From Synechococcaceae cyanobacterium (GTDB taxonomy: Bacteria > Cyanobacteriota > Cyanobacteriia > PCC-6307 > Cyanobiaceae), in NCBI GenBank assembly GCA_046313055.1, contig JBKDDA010000052.1:4175-68174 (forward strand): a stretch of DNA of 64,000 nucleotides, given 5' to 3'. Position numbers and translations under genes: made by a program. Each line of letters opens with the position of its first letter. Position 1 is the stretch's first letter. Shown here one piece after another: positions 34,028 through 43,471 of the stretch. The notes under the pieces are model-generated. The model did not search any database, was not told the DNA's origin, and worked only from the letters and a program-made list of their open reading frames with translations.

Positions 34028-35662
34028 GTGCCCCCAGACCGTCTCCCGTTTTCCCCCTTGCTCCGCACCAACGGCTGCCACGGAACCCTGCTGAGCCTCG
34101 CGGCCGGAGTGACCCTGCTGATGGTGGCCATGCCAGGCAGGGCCTATGTCGATCTGATGGCAGGCCAGAGGGCCAGACCGCTCAATGGCACCTTCAACCG
34201 CGTGCCGGTGCTCCATTCCAACCAGCCCGAGGAGGTCGAAGGCCCGGGGATTCTGATCAACACGGCACCGGGTACGGCATGGGCAGCTGAAAATGGCCAG
34301 CCCCTTCGCAATGCCGAATTCACATTCCAGGGTGAATTCGGCATGCACCTGCATCACAAATATTTCCCTCCCTACCGGGCATCCATCCGCGCATCGGAAC
34401 GCCGTACAGAGCTGACACTGGCAGCAATTCTGATCAACCCCGGCTACCGACCCGTTCACATCCGTTTCGAGAACGGTGCTGTGCGCAACAGCTTTGAAGC
34501 CCCCTATCTCGCCAACAACCTGATGGGTGTCAAGCCCCTCGGACCCCGCCCGTGGAACACGGGCCCAGGTGATGCCACTGCCGTGCAGATGCTCCGAGGA
34601 AAACTGGATAACCGTCTGGTGGACGAGATCACCATCCCTCCCCGCAGCCGGATTGTGCTGTTTCAGACACCGTTGCCGGCCCTGGGAATTGCCAACGCCC
34701 TGCTCCGCGGAAAGAGCGATGGACCCTTCCACATCGCCGTGGTGGCTGCGCGGAATCCAACCAGTGATGGCGATCTGATTGCCGTTCTCGACTCGGCCCG
34801 ACTGGCGCCAGGTCGAACCTATCTCAATCAGCTGCGCGAGATTGAAGCCCGCCAGGTGTTCTCGCGGGTCGGTGGCGTGGCCCTTGGCGACACCTATGCC
34901 GCATCCATCCGCCACGACCTGACCCGCGATGGTGCCCTGCATGTGCCCTTCACCAGCACCCCCCGGCATCATTTCGGCACCCGCGATGTTCAGGTCAACC
35001 CCCTTGCCGTGCGCATGCTGGATTCGGCCGTCGACAACATCGGCACCTACGGCGTCCGTTTCAACGTCGACCTTCAGCTGCAGGGTGCCGGCAGCTACGA
35101 ACTGGTGATGAGCCATCCGGCCCGGGCCGGTGGCCAACCCTTCACCGCCTTCCGCGGATCCCTGCAGATCGTCTCGCCTGAAGGACTCAGGGAAGTGCAC
35201 GTGGGCCTGCGGTCTGGCCAGAGTCTTTCGCTGACCAGTCTGTTGCTTCAACCCGGCAGGCCCCAGACCGTGCGGGTAAGCATGGTGTACCCCGCCGATG
35301 CCACGCCGGGGCACCTGCTGAGCGTGGTGCCGACAGCCCAGTTCGCCATGGTGCAACAACGGGAACGTCAGCTTGAGATCGCGCGCCGGGAGGCCCAGCG
35401 AACGGCTCCGCCTGCGGTTCCTCCGGCTCCCGCCGGTGCCACTCCCGCGGCGCTGATGCAACGGCCCCTTCCGGCCGCACCCCCACTGCTACCGGCACCC
35501 GCTTACGCCCCCCTGCGGCTGACGATGCCCTCCATGCCGGTTCCGCCACCGTTGGTGCCCGGGAGTCTGGTGCCCCCACCTCCCTCTGCCGGCCAGGTCG
35601 ATCGCTACCGACAGGCGGTGGATGCACAGCAGCGTGAGCTGCAGCGCTGGCAGGATCGCTGA
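34028..35662 (+). CDS. DUF3370-family secreted protein with a Pro-rich C-terminal tail
   Basis: Has a signal-like N-terminus (LLSLAAGVTLLMVAMPGRAYV). The block PVLHSNQPEEVEGPGILINT...FTFQGEFGMHLHHKYF matches my recollection of cyanobacterial DUF3370. The 518-aa antisense ORF was rejected. Confidence 0.65.
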   Translation: MPPDRLPFSPLLRTNGCHGTLLSLAAGVTLLMVAMPGRAYVDLMAGQRARPLNGTFNRVPVLHSNQPEEVEGPGILINTAPGTAWAAENGQPLRNAEFTFQGEFGMHLHHKYFPPYRASIRASERRTELTLAAILINPGYRPVHIRFENGAVRNSFEAPYLANNLMGVKPLGPRPWNTGPGDATAVQMLRGKLDNRLVDEITIPPRSRIVLFQTPLPALGIANALLRGKSDGPFHIAVVAARNPTSDGDLIAVLDSARLAPGRTYLNQLREIEARQVFSRVGGVALGDTYAASIRHDLTRDGALHVPFTSTPRHHFGTRDVQVNPLAVRMLDSAVDNIGTYGVRFNVDLQLQGAGSYELVMSHPARAGGQPFTAFRGSLQIVSPEGLREVHVGLRSGQSLSLTSLLLQPGRPQTVRVSMVYPADATPGHLLSVVPTAQFAMVQQRERQLEIARREAQRTAPPAVPPAPAGATPAALMQRPLPAAPPLLPAPAYAPLRLTMPSMPVPPPLVPGSLVPPPPSAGQVDRYRQAVDAQQRELQRWQDR

Positions 35663-35679
35663 ATGCCAGCTTGCAGGGG

Positions 35680-36705
35680 ATGACGGATCAGGCCTACGAC
35701 AGCGGCCGCCAGGGGCAATCGCGCGCTGACGGCCGCCGTCGGGTCACGTTGGATCTGCCGCCTGAGATGGTGGCCCAGATTGATCTGCTGAGGCGGGAGT
35801 GGGGGATCCGGGCCAGGGGCGGAGTGGTGGAGGAGCTGCTGCGCCATGTCTTCAGCGGCGACCGCTCGCTGGATGCCCAGGACGACGCCGAAATCGCCAC
35901 CGATGAACTGGACGAACCGGCCGGCCTGGTGCTGGTGATGGGGCAGGCCCTGGCCGACGACGAGCTGATCTTTGAACTGGAGGAGGAGCGGGTCGGCCCC
36001 ACCACCAGCGGCGGCACTGGAATCGACCTGCCGGGATTCGTGCGCCGCCGCTCGGATCAGGTGCGCCGCAGCCTGCACGAGCGCCCGCCAACGGCACGGG
36101 CACCATTGCCCCGCCTGCAGCCCGAGGCCATGCAGGCCGCCCTTGCTGCTGTCGAGGAGCACTGGTTGAGCCTCTACGGCACGGCAGCCAACGAGAATGT
36201 GCTCGAGGCCGCCATGATCTGGCTCGCCAAGGACATCTGGCCCCAGACCGATCCCGGCGAAGGTCGAGCGTTCACCTGGACTGAGGCCACCCGGGCCATG
36301 CAGGAGATGGTTCAGGGCTGGAACCCCGGCCCTGCCGATTTCGCGCGGGTGATTGTGACGGCAGGGGTGCTGGAGGATCCCTTCAGCGGCGACACGCTGG
36401 CTCTGCGGATTCCTCCCCTGATCCGCCGCTTCGTGAACCGCTTCCGTCGCCGCCGCCGTGGTGCGTCCTTCCACACGCTGGACAACACCATGACCCTTCA
36501 GGGGGCTCTCAAGCTTCTGCGCATTCCGGTGCTGGCGGGCCAGCGGCTCAGCCTCTCCCAGATCCGCGATGCGTACCGCCAGCAGGCCATGGCCCACCAC
36601 CCGGATGCTGGCGGCTCGGTGGAGGACATGCGTCGCATCAATGAGGCCTATCAGTTGCTCAAGGAGCTCTACCGCCAGAAAGGCCACGGATCAGCTGACG
36701 CCTGA
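35680..36705 (+). CDS. Protein with an N-terminal ribbon-helix-helix-like segment and a C-terminal J domain
   Basis: The N-terminus RRVTLDLPPEMVAQIDLLRREWGIRARGGVVEELLRHVF follows an RHH/CopG-like pattern. The C-terminus IRDAYRQQAMAHHPDAGGSVEDMRRINEAYQLLKELY is a J domain with an HPD motif. An alternative TTG lies at 35671. Confidence 0.7.
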   Translation: MTDQAYDSGRQGQSRADGRRRVTLDLPPEMVAQIDLLRREWGIRARGGVVEELLRHVFSGDRSLDAQDDAEIATDELDEPAGLVLVMGQALADDELIFELEEERVGPTTSGGTGIDLPGFVRRRSDQVRRSLHERPPTARAPLPRLQPEAMQAALAAVEEHWLSLYGTAANENVLEAAMIWLAKDIWPQTDPGEGRAFTWTEATRAMQEMVQGWNPGPADFARVIVTAGVLEDPFSGDTLALRIPPLIRRFVNRFRRRRRGASFHTLDNTMTLQGALKLLRIPVLAGQRLSLSQIRDAYRQQAMAHHPDAGGSVEDMRRINEAYQLLKELYRQKGHGSADA

Positions 36706-37106
36706 AGCTGTCTTTCGTCTCTGATTGGTCGCATTTCAGGTCTCAGAGCGGGACGCGAGTGGGATACCAGAGCCGCCCAGTCGTTCGCCATTGTCCCGGC
36801 TGAGACTTGCAAATGGTCTCATGACGCGACTCAATGTGGCCATCCGGTCCGGCCATGGCGTGTGCGGATGGGTGATCAGGCTTCTCCCCATGGCACGCCG
36901 ATCTCAATGTCGGAAACCCACATCACGGCCTTGCGTGCTGAGTTCTCCCGTCGATGTGCGCAACCGGTCGGGCGCTTTGGCGATGTGTGTGCCCGCATGG
37001 TGATGCAGTGGTTCTTTGGTCAGGTCCAGATCCTGGGTCCAGTGATGACCTGGACCATGCGATCCGCGCAGAACCTGACTGTGACTGGATTCTTCAGCAA
37101 CCCCGT

Positions 37107-37145
37107 CCGCTTGCGTATCTGTGTTTGACACAGATACGCAAGCGG
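37107..37145. repeat. Perfect 18-bp inverted repeat with a 3-nt loop
   Basis: CCGCTTGCGTATCTGTGT-TTG-ACACAGATACGCAAGCGG, read directly. It lies in the longest non-coding tract of the window, and no U-tract follows on either strand. Confidence 0.9.
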
Positions 37146-37379
37146 AGCAAAACCATGACCCGTCAGGTCGTCTCATCAAGGACTACATAAAAGACCAGCC
37201 ATGGGACGCAGTCGAGATCAACGGATCTTTTATGTCTCTGTATGGTGCAGAAATGGGACCAGGATCTGGTCTTATGTGAGATCTGTGGGCAGTCGTTCCA
37301 GGGCGCCTGGCACGGTGTCCTTTGTGATGGGGGAAGCGGGCCGAATCCGGATTAGGTTTAGGCGGCCTCATTGAATCCA

Positions 37380-38360
37380 ATGCCCAGTCACCGCAGGCGT
37401 GATCACCGTGATAACGGTCATTCCTCACGCCTGTTCCGCGGCTTGCTCATCAGCCAGGTGTTCTTGTTGCCCTGGTTGATCCTGTGGTGCCATGAGCAAA
37501 TGCTGGTGGCGTCCGAGAAGGACAGCGACTGGACAGCGAGCCTGCCCTTTCTGGATCCCACCAAGAAGCAACATTCCAGACCGCAGACGCCACCGGCCAG
37601 CCGGGCACCCACGCCGGTGGGTCAGGCCGGTCTCTCCATTGCGGTCCCTACAACCGCCAGGTCGTTCATGGCAACTGAACCGGTGGCCTCCCTGCCCAGG
37701 TTTGAGAGTTCCGTGGTGGCCGATCCGTTGGCTTCTGATTCGGCATTCACAGGTTCCGATCTGCTGGGCGGCTCTATGGGCCTGGCTGACCTCGCCAGCC
37801 CAAGCATCCAGGGCCGTGAGCTGGCCGCGCGGGCCAGGGCGATCCGGATCGGTGATCCCTTTTCACCACTGCCCAGCTCCTATCGCCAGCCCATGCGGGT
37901 CGCCGTGGGCGAATTGCAGAAACAGACCGGGCCACGGCGCATTGAACCCGCCAGGTTGGTGCATCTGCCCTCCCGCCTGATCAAAAAGCCGGTTTCCGTG
38001 CCGGTTGTGCTCCAGAGCGACGGCAGCGTTGACGTTCTCAACAGGCCCGATGATCAGCGGGTGGTGGAAGACATTCGCCAATGGTCCTCCAGACAGGCTC
38101 TACCGGGTAGCGGCAGCGTTGAACCGGCCGTGGTGGTGGTGCAGCCCCTGCCCAACGTCGCTCCGTCCGGGCAGGCTGCACAGTCCACACAAGCAGTGTG
38201 GATCAAGCGCTCGCTGGCACCAGTGACACCGGCTCCAGCGCAACCTCAAGCTGAAGCAACCCCTGCGGCAGGTCCCACCTCCATCAGCGTGAGGGAGACT
38301 CCATCTGCAACACACACTGCACCTGTTCAAGAATTCAGCACCACCAACCCCACAGACTGA
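37380..38360 (+). CDS. Hypothetical membrane-anchored Pro/Ser/Ala-rich protein
   Basis: 326 aa from the ATG at 37380. It has one hydrophobic segment (LFRGLLISQVFLLPWLILWC) and visibly lower GC3 than its neighbours. No family was recognised. Confidence 0.5.
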   Translation: MPSHRRRDHRDNGHSSRLFRGLLISQVFLLPWLILWCHEQMLVASEKDSDWTASLPFLDPTKKQHSRPQTPPASRAPTPVGQAGLSIAVPTTARSFMATEPVASLPRFESSVVADPLASDSAFTGSDLLGGSMGLADLASPSIQGRELAARARAIRIGDPFSPLPSSYRQPMRVAVGELQKQTGPRRIEPARLVHLPSRLIKKPVSVPVVLQSDGSVDVLNRPDDQRVVEDIRQWSSRQALPGSGSVEPAVVVVQPLPNVAPSGQAAQSTQAVWIKRSLAPVTPAPAQPQAEATPAAGPTSISVRETPSATHTAPVQEFSTTNPTD

Positions 38361-38414
38361 GCGATCGGGCCATCACCACTGGGTGACGAGCGGGTGCTGG
38401 TCTCCAGAAGCGTC

Positions 38415-38909
38415 TCAGGTAGTGGTCTGCATCCCCTGGATCAGAAAATCGAAATAGGGGGCTGCAAGGGCTGCTTCCTCGCCGTTCAGCAGCACCAGCG
38501 AGGCCTCCTTCAGGCAGCGCATGGACTCCACCATGCCGGGCATTGGCACACCCAGGCTGTTGTACATCTCACGGGCGCCCACCAGACCGATCTGCTGAAT
38601 CAGCTCCGTGCTGCCGGCCAGCACCCCGTAGGTCACCAGCCGCAGATACCAGCTGAAATCGCGCAAACACTGGGCCCTCTGCTTCTGGCCGTAGGCATTG
38701 CCGCCAGGGGCCACATAGTCGGGTCGGCGGCTGAACAGCTGCTTGGCCGATTCGTCAACGATCTTCTTTTCGTTGGCTGTGAGAGCCTTCACCACAGCCA
38801 GCCGCTTCGATCCACCGCTGAGGTAATCGACCATCGAGCGCAGCTCGCCACCGGTGGGGTAGCGCAGCTGATCATCGGCCTGAAGGATCAGATCGCGAAC
38901 GACGCTCAT
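38415..38909 (-). CDS. apcD: Allophycocyanin alpha-B subunit
   Basis: 164 aa. [26 protein letters not shown]...[33 protein letters not shown] closely follows the ApcD consensus, including the chromophore Cys in the QCLRD context. ATG at 38909. Confidence 0.93.
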   Translation of the reverse strand: MSVVRDLILQADDQLRYPTGGELRSMVDYLSGGSKRLAVVKALTANEKKIVDESAKQLFSRRPDYVAPGGNAYGQKQRAQCLRDFSWYLRLVTYGVLAGSTELIQQIGLVGAREMYNSLGVPMPGMVESMRCLKEASLVLLNGEEAALAAPYFDFLIQGMQTTT

Positions 38910-39046
38910 GGCAGCGACCAGGGACAGGCAGATCTTATCGAGTGCCGGCCCCGCACTCCAGGGAGACTGACAAGACGACGCAAGGTGTAACGCCCATGGG
39001 CCCCGGAGCCCAGGATCGTTAGCCTCGGGCCTGAGCTGGTCCATCG

Positions 39047-40387
39047 ATGCTGGAGCTGGACGTCGAGGATCTCGACCATCAGGGTCGCGGCATCGGCCGG
39101 CACGAGGGGGTCGTGGTGCTGGTGGAAGGGGCTTTGCCCGATGAGCGGGTGCGGGTGCGGGTCGAACACCGGGGCCGGCGCCACTGGGTGGCCAGCCTGC
39201 TTGAGGTGCTGACCCCCTCACCCCATCGCCGGCGTCCACCCTGCATCCTGGCCGACCACTGCGGCGGCTGCAGCCTGCAGCACCTCAGCCAGGAGGGCCA
39301 GGACGCCTGGACGATGCGGCGGCTCGAGGAAACCCTCCGCCGTCTGGGCGGCCTGGAGGTGTCGATCCGGCCCCTGCTCGCTGCTGCCAGCGAATTCGGG
39401 TACCGCAACCGGGCGGTGATTCCGCTGCAGCGACAAGCGTCTGGGGCGCTCAAGGCGGGCTACTACCGGCGGGGAAGCCACCGGATCGTGAACATGAACC
39501 GCTGCCCGGTGCTGGATCCCCGCATCGACCGGTTGATCGCGCCGTTGAAGGCGGATCTGGAGGCCACCGGCTGGTCAGCCGATCCCCACCATGGAATTCT
39601 GCGCCACCTGAGCCTGCGGGTTGGCCATGGCAGCGGCCAGGTGCTGATCACCCTGGTGGCCAGCCAGGACGAGCTGCCCGGGCTCCGGGAACTGGCCGCC
39701 GATTGGTTGGAGCGCTGGTCCGATGTGGTCGGAGTGGGCCTCAATCTCCAGCCCAACCCCACCAACGTGCTCTTCGGTGAGCGCACCCTGGTGCTGGCGG
39801 GCCAGGACCACCTGATGGAATCCTTTGGGGGCCTGGAGCTTGAGATCGGCCCTGACACGTTCTTTCAGGTGAACACCGCCCAGGCCGAGCGGGTGCTGCC
39901 CCTGCTGATCGAGGCGCTGCCGCCTGAACCCGGTGTGCTCGTGGATGCCTACTGCGGCATCGGCACCTTCTCTCTGCCACTGGCGCGGCTCGGCTGGCAG
40001 GTGCTGGGTCTGGAGTCCCATCCGGGGGCGGTGGCCCGGGCGCAGGCCAATGCCCACCGGTTGAATCTGGCGGATCGGGCCCATTTTGCGGTCGGCGATG
40101 TGGGAGCGCTGCTCGATGACCACCTGACGGCTGCTGGCCCCCAGGCCCGCTTGTTGCTCGATCCCCCCCGCCGCGGTCTGGACCGGGTGGTGGTCGAGGT
40201 GATCCGCGAACGAACTCCCCGCCAGGTGCTCTATCTGAGCTGTGATCCGGCCACCCTCAGCCGTGACCTGGCCCTGCTCAGTGAAGGGAACCTGTACCGG
40301 GTGGAGTGGGCCCAACCCCTGGATTTCTTCCCCGCCACCACCCATGGGGAGACATTCGTGGTCCTCAGCTCCGCAGCTCTGCCTTGA
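39047..40387 (+). CDS. 23S rRNA (uracil-5-)-methyltransferase, RumA/RlmD-like
   Basis: Has a TRAM-like N-terminus, an Fe-S Cys cluster ([14 protein letters not shown]), and SAM motifs [14 protein letters not shown] and DPPRRGL. Confidence 0.85.
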   Translation: MLELDVEDLDHQGRGIGRHEGVVVLVEGALPDERVRVRVEHRGRRHWVASLLEVLTPSPHRRRPPCILADHCGGCSLQHLSQEGQDAWTMRRLEETLRRLGGLEVSIRPLLAAASEFGYRNRAVIPLQRQASGALKAGYYRRGSHRIVNMNRCPVLDPRIDRLIAPLKADLEATGWSADPHHGILRHLSLRVGHGSGQVLITLVASQDELPGLRELAADWLERWSDVVGVGLNLQPNPTNVLFGERTLVLAGQDHLMESFGGLELEIGPDTFFQVNTAQAERVLPLLIEALPPEPGVLVDAYCGIGTFSLPLARLGWQVLGLESHPGAVARAQANAHRLNLADRAHFAVGDVGALLDDHLTAAGPQARLLLDPPRRGLDRVVVEVIRERTPRQVLYLSCDPATLSRDLALLSEGNLYRVEWAQPLDFFPATTHGETFVVLSSAALP

Positions 40388-42827
40388 ACTGCTGCTCCAG
40401 GGCCGCCCTCACACGGTTGTGAACGGGATCCACATCACTGTCGGTCAGGGTGCGCTGGGGATCGCGATAGCGCAGGCGGAATGCCTGGCTGCAGAACCCC
40501 TCGGCCACCTGGCTGCCCCGGTAGCGGTCCAGCAGTTCAGCCTGCTCCAGCAGCGGTCGCCCCGCCTTGCGGATCGTGGTGAGCAGATCCGCCGAGGCGA
40601 CCGAATCCGAAACCACCACGGCCAGATCCCGTTCACTGGCTGGCACGGTGGGATAGGGGCTGAACGCTGGTTGCCAGCGGGTCGGGCGGGTGGCCGCCGC
40701 CAGCAGCGGCCCAAGCTGAAGCTCGAAGGCATGGGTGGCTTCGGGCAGATCCAGGGCCTCTGCCCGTTCGGGATGGATCTGGCCGAACCAGCCGACCACC
40801 CGACCCTCCAGCACCAGTTCGGCCGAACGGCCGGGATGGAGCAGACCGCAACAGGCGATCGGATCGGTGAGGGTGCGGTCCAGCGGTGCCAGGCGCAGGG
40901 CCTCGAAGCCCTGCTGCAGCACTCCCCTGGCCTGGTGGAAGGTCAGGGGGAGTCCCTTGCCGCTGGTGGTCCAGCGCTCGCTGCGACGGTCGCCGGCCAG
41001 CACGCCAGCCAGGCGCAGGTGTTCGCTGGTGTCGGTGGCAAACACCGTGCCGATCTCAAACCCCCAGAACCCACTGGAGCCGGCCTGCAGATTGCGGCGG
41101 GCCGCCTGCAGCAGCTCCGGATGCAATTGATCGCGCAAATGGCCGTAGTCCGCCAGCAGGGGGTTGGCGAGGGCCAGCCTGGAACCGGACTCCGGCACCA
41201 ACGACAGGCTGCAGCATTCCTGCAGACCGCTGGCAGCGAGAGCCCGGCGCAGCCGTCTCTCGGCCTGCTGGGTGGCGCTGAGGCCACCGGGTTCCAGCGG
41301 ATCAGGCAGGTGACAGGCGAAATGGTCATAGCCGACTAGCCGGGCCACCTCCTCGATCAGATCCACTTCCCGGCGAAGATCCATGGCCCGGGCGGCGGGC
41401 ACCTCCACCCACCAGCCATCGTCGCCATCAAGCTCGAGGCGGCAGCCGAGGGCCTCGAGGGTGGCCACGATCCGCCCATCGTCCAGATCCTGGGCGTCTC
41501 CGTCGACCAGCACCGGCCCTAGCAGATTGTGCAGGGCATCGCGGCGCAGACGCAGCGGCAGGGCTGGCTGGTTGCTGCGCCGATGGAGCCAGCGGCCGCT
41601 GCAGGTGCCACCCGTGAGCTCCTGGAGCAGCTGCACGGCCCGATCGGCGGCCGCCAGGGTGGCTTCCGGGGGCAGGCCTTTCTCAAAGCGGGTGCTGGCC
41701 TCCGTGCGCAGGCCGACACTGCGGGCTGAGCGGCGCACCGCCTGGGGCGCGAACACGGCAGCCTCCAGCCAGATCCGGCGGGTGCTGGCAACCACGGCTT
41801 CCGCCTCCCCGCCCATCACTCCCGCCAGAGCAACAGGCCTGTCGCCGTAGGTGACCACCAGGGCCTCCTCGGACAGGTGACGTTGCTCCCCGTCGAGGGT
41901 GGTGAGGGGTTCCTGATCGCGGGCCTGGCGCAGGCCGATCAGGCCCGGCTCCGGGGATGGCTTCAGACCGTCGGGCTGGCTGGCTGCGAGGCGATCCGCA
42001 TCAAAGGCATGCAGCGGCTGTCCGGTCTCGAGCATCACCAGGTTGGTGACATCCACCACCGTGTTGATCGAGCGCATTCCGGCCCGTTCGAGTCGCTGAC
42101 GCAGCCAGGTGGGAGAAGCCCCGATGCGGACCCCCTCGATGGCGGTGAGACTGAAGATGCCTCCGGCCTCCATGGCCTCGGCACTGGCAGGATCGATGTC
42201 CAGCGTCGCTGCCTGGCAGGCCTGCGGCGGCTGGGGAAAGACGGTGCGGCCGCCGATCAGAGCCGCCACCTCCCGGGCGATTCCCTGCATGGACAGGCCG
42301 TCGGGACGGTTGGCGGTGATCGCCAGTTCAAGCACCTGATCGTCAAGACCGAAGGCCGGACCGACCGGCGATCCCAGCGGAGGCACGGCCTGCAGCAGAT
42401 CCTCGAGGATGGCGATGCCGTCGGACTCCTCGGCCAGCCCCAGCTCCGCCAGGGAGCAGATCATGCCGGTGCTGGCCACTCCGCGCAGGGTGGTGGCTTT
42501 GATCGTCAGACCCACCGCAGGCAGCGTTGCCCCCTCCAGGGCCACGGGCACATGGATACCGGCTCGCACGTTGGCGGCACCACAGACGATCTGCAGGGGG
42601 GCCTCCAGCCCCACATCCACCTGGCAGACACTCAGCCTGGCCGCATCCGGATGGGCCTGGCGGTCCAGCACGCGGCCCACCACCACCCCTTCGGCGGCGG
42701 CGGCGAGATCGCGGATCGCCTCCACCTCGAATCCGGCCATGGAGAGCCGCTCGGCCAGCGGTGCGGGGGCCAGGGCGGAGGCACCGGTATCGACGAGCTC
42801 CCGGAGCCACTGCAGCGAGACCAGCAT
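40365..42827 (-). CDS. pheT: Phenylalanyl-tRNA synthetase beta subunit
   Basis: 820 aa. The N-terminus is [12 protein letters not shown], with a tRNA-binding, B3/4, B5 and FDX-ACB domain order. Confidence 0.96.
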   Translation of the reverse strand: MLVSLQWLRELVDTGASALAPAPLAERLSMAGFEVEAIRDLAAAAEGVVVGRVLDRQAHPDAARLSVCQVDVGLEAPLQIVCGAANVRAGIHVPVALEGATLPAVGLTIKATTLRGVASTGMICSLAELGLAEESDGIAILEDLLQAVPPLGSPVGPAFGLDDQVLELAITANRPDGLSMQGIAREVAALIGGRTVFPQPPQACQAATLDIDPASAEAMEAGGIFSLTAIEGVRIGASPTWLRQRLERAGMRSINTVVDVTNLVMLETGQPLHAFDADRLAASQPDGLKPSPEPGLIGLRQARDQEPLTTLDGEQRHLSEEALVVTYGDRPVALAGVMGGEAEAVVASTRRIWLEAAVFAPQAVRRSARSVGLRTEASTRFEKGLPPEATLAAADRAVQLLQELTGGTCSGRWLHRRSNQPALPLRLRRDALHNLLGPVLVDGDAQDLDDGRIVATLEALGCRLELDGDDGWWVEVPAARAMDLRREVDLIEEVARLVGYDHFACHLPDPLEPGGLSATQQAERRLRRALAASGLQECCSLSLVPESGSRLALANPLLADYGHLRDQLHPELLQAARRNLQAGSSGFWGFEIGTVFATDTSEHLRLAGVLAGDRRSERWTTSGKGLPLTFHQARGVLQQGFEALRLAPLDRTLTDPIACCGLLHPGRSAELVLEGRVVGWFGQIHPERAEALDLPEATHAFELQLGPLLAAATRPTRWQPAFSPYPTVPASERDLAVVVSDSVASADLLTTIRKAGRPLLEQAELLDRYRGSQVAEGFCSQAFRLRYRDPQRTLTDSDVDPVHNRVRAALEQQFKAELRS

Positions 42828-42949
42828 CGATCAACGATGAAACGGTTGTCGATCCTAGGCAGGGGGTCCGTCCCCGCCTGGAATGGACCGGTCGGGAGGT
42901 AGGGTTGGCGATTGTCACTTCGCTTCGCACAAGCGGCGCACGTCCTTCC

Positions 42950-43144
42950 ATGGCAAAGAACAAGGGCGTCCGGATCGTTGTCACCCTCGAGTGCACCGAA
43001 TGCCGGTCCAACCCCGCCAAGCGGTCTCCTGGTGTGTCCCGGTACACCACCCAGAAGAACCGTCGCAACACCACCGAACGGCTTGAGCTCAAGAAGTTCT
43101 GCCCCCACTGCAACAGCTCCACCGTGCACAAGGAGATCAAGTGA
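42950..43144 (+). CDS. rpmG: 50S ribosomal protein L33
   Basis: [67 protein letters not shown] at 42950. Confidence 0.95.
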   Translation: MAKNKGVRIVVTLECTECRSNPAKRSPGVSRYTTQKNRRNTTERLELKKFCPHCNSSTVHKEIK

Positions 43145-43206
43145 GCACCGGCTCACCACGCTTGCTTCCCTGCTTGATCCCTTCCACGTTTCCGTTCGTT
43201 TGACCC

Positions 43207-43428
43207 ATGGCCAGCTCCTTTTTCAAGAAACGCCTCTCACCGATCAAGCCCGGTGAACCGATCGACTACAAAGATGTCGATCTGCTGAAGAAATTCATCA
43301 CCGAACGGGGCAAGATCCTGCCCCGCCGCCTCACGGGTCTCACGGCCAGGCAGCAGCGGGATCTGACCAATGCGGTGAAGCGCGCCCGCATCGTGGCCCT
43401 GCTGCCATTCGTGAATCCAGAGGGTTGA
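43207..43428 (+). CDS. rpsR: 30S ribosomal protein S18
   Basis: Contains [49 protein letters not shown]. Confidence 0.95.
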   Translation: MASSFFKKRLSPIKPGEPIDYKDVDLLKKFITERGKILPRRLTGLTARQQRDLTNAVKRARIVALLPFVNPEG

Positions 43429-43471
43429 TCCCCTGAGCAGCCCGGCCTTCCACTGCGGCGATCTGGTCGGG

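Noticed and set aside
33905-35461. 518-aa minus-strand ORF opposite the DUF3370 gene
   Set aside because: The plus-strand frame has a signal peptide, a recognisable family block and a longer uninterrupted frame. The minus-strand product is Gly/His/Ala-rich with no features. This is a judgement call with somewhat lower certainty than the other antisense rejections.
38910-39046. Tried to call -35/-10 promoter boxes for apcD and the divergent methyltransferase gene
   Set aside because: A TAAGAT-like -10 candidate exists on the minus strand, but there is no properly spaced -35 element. The support is too weak to report as a feature.
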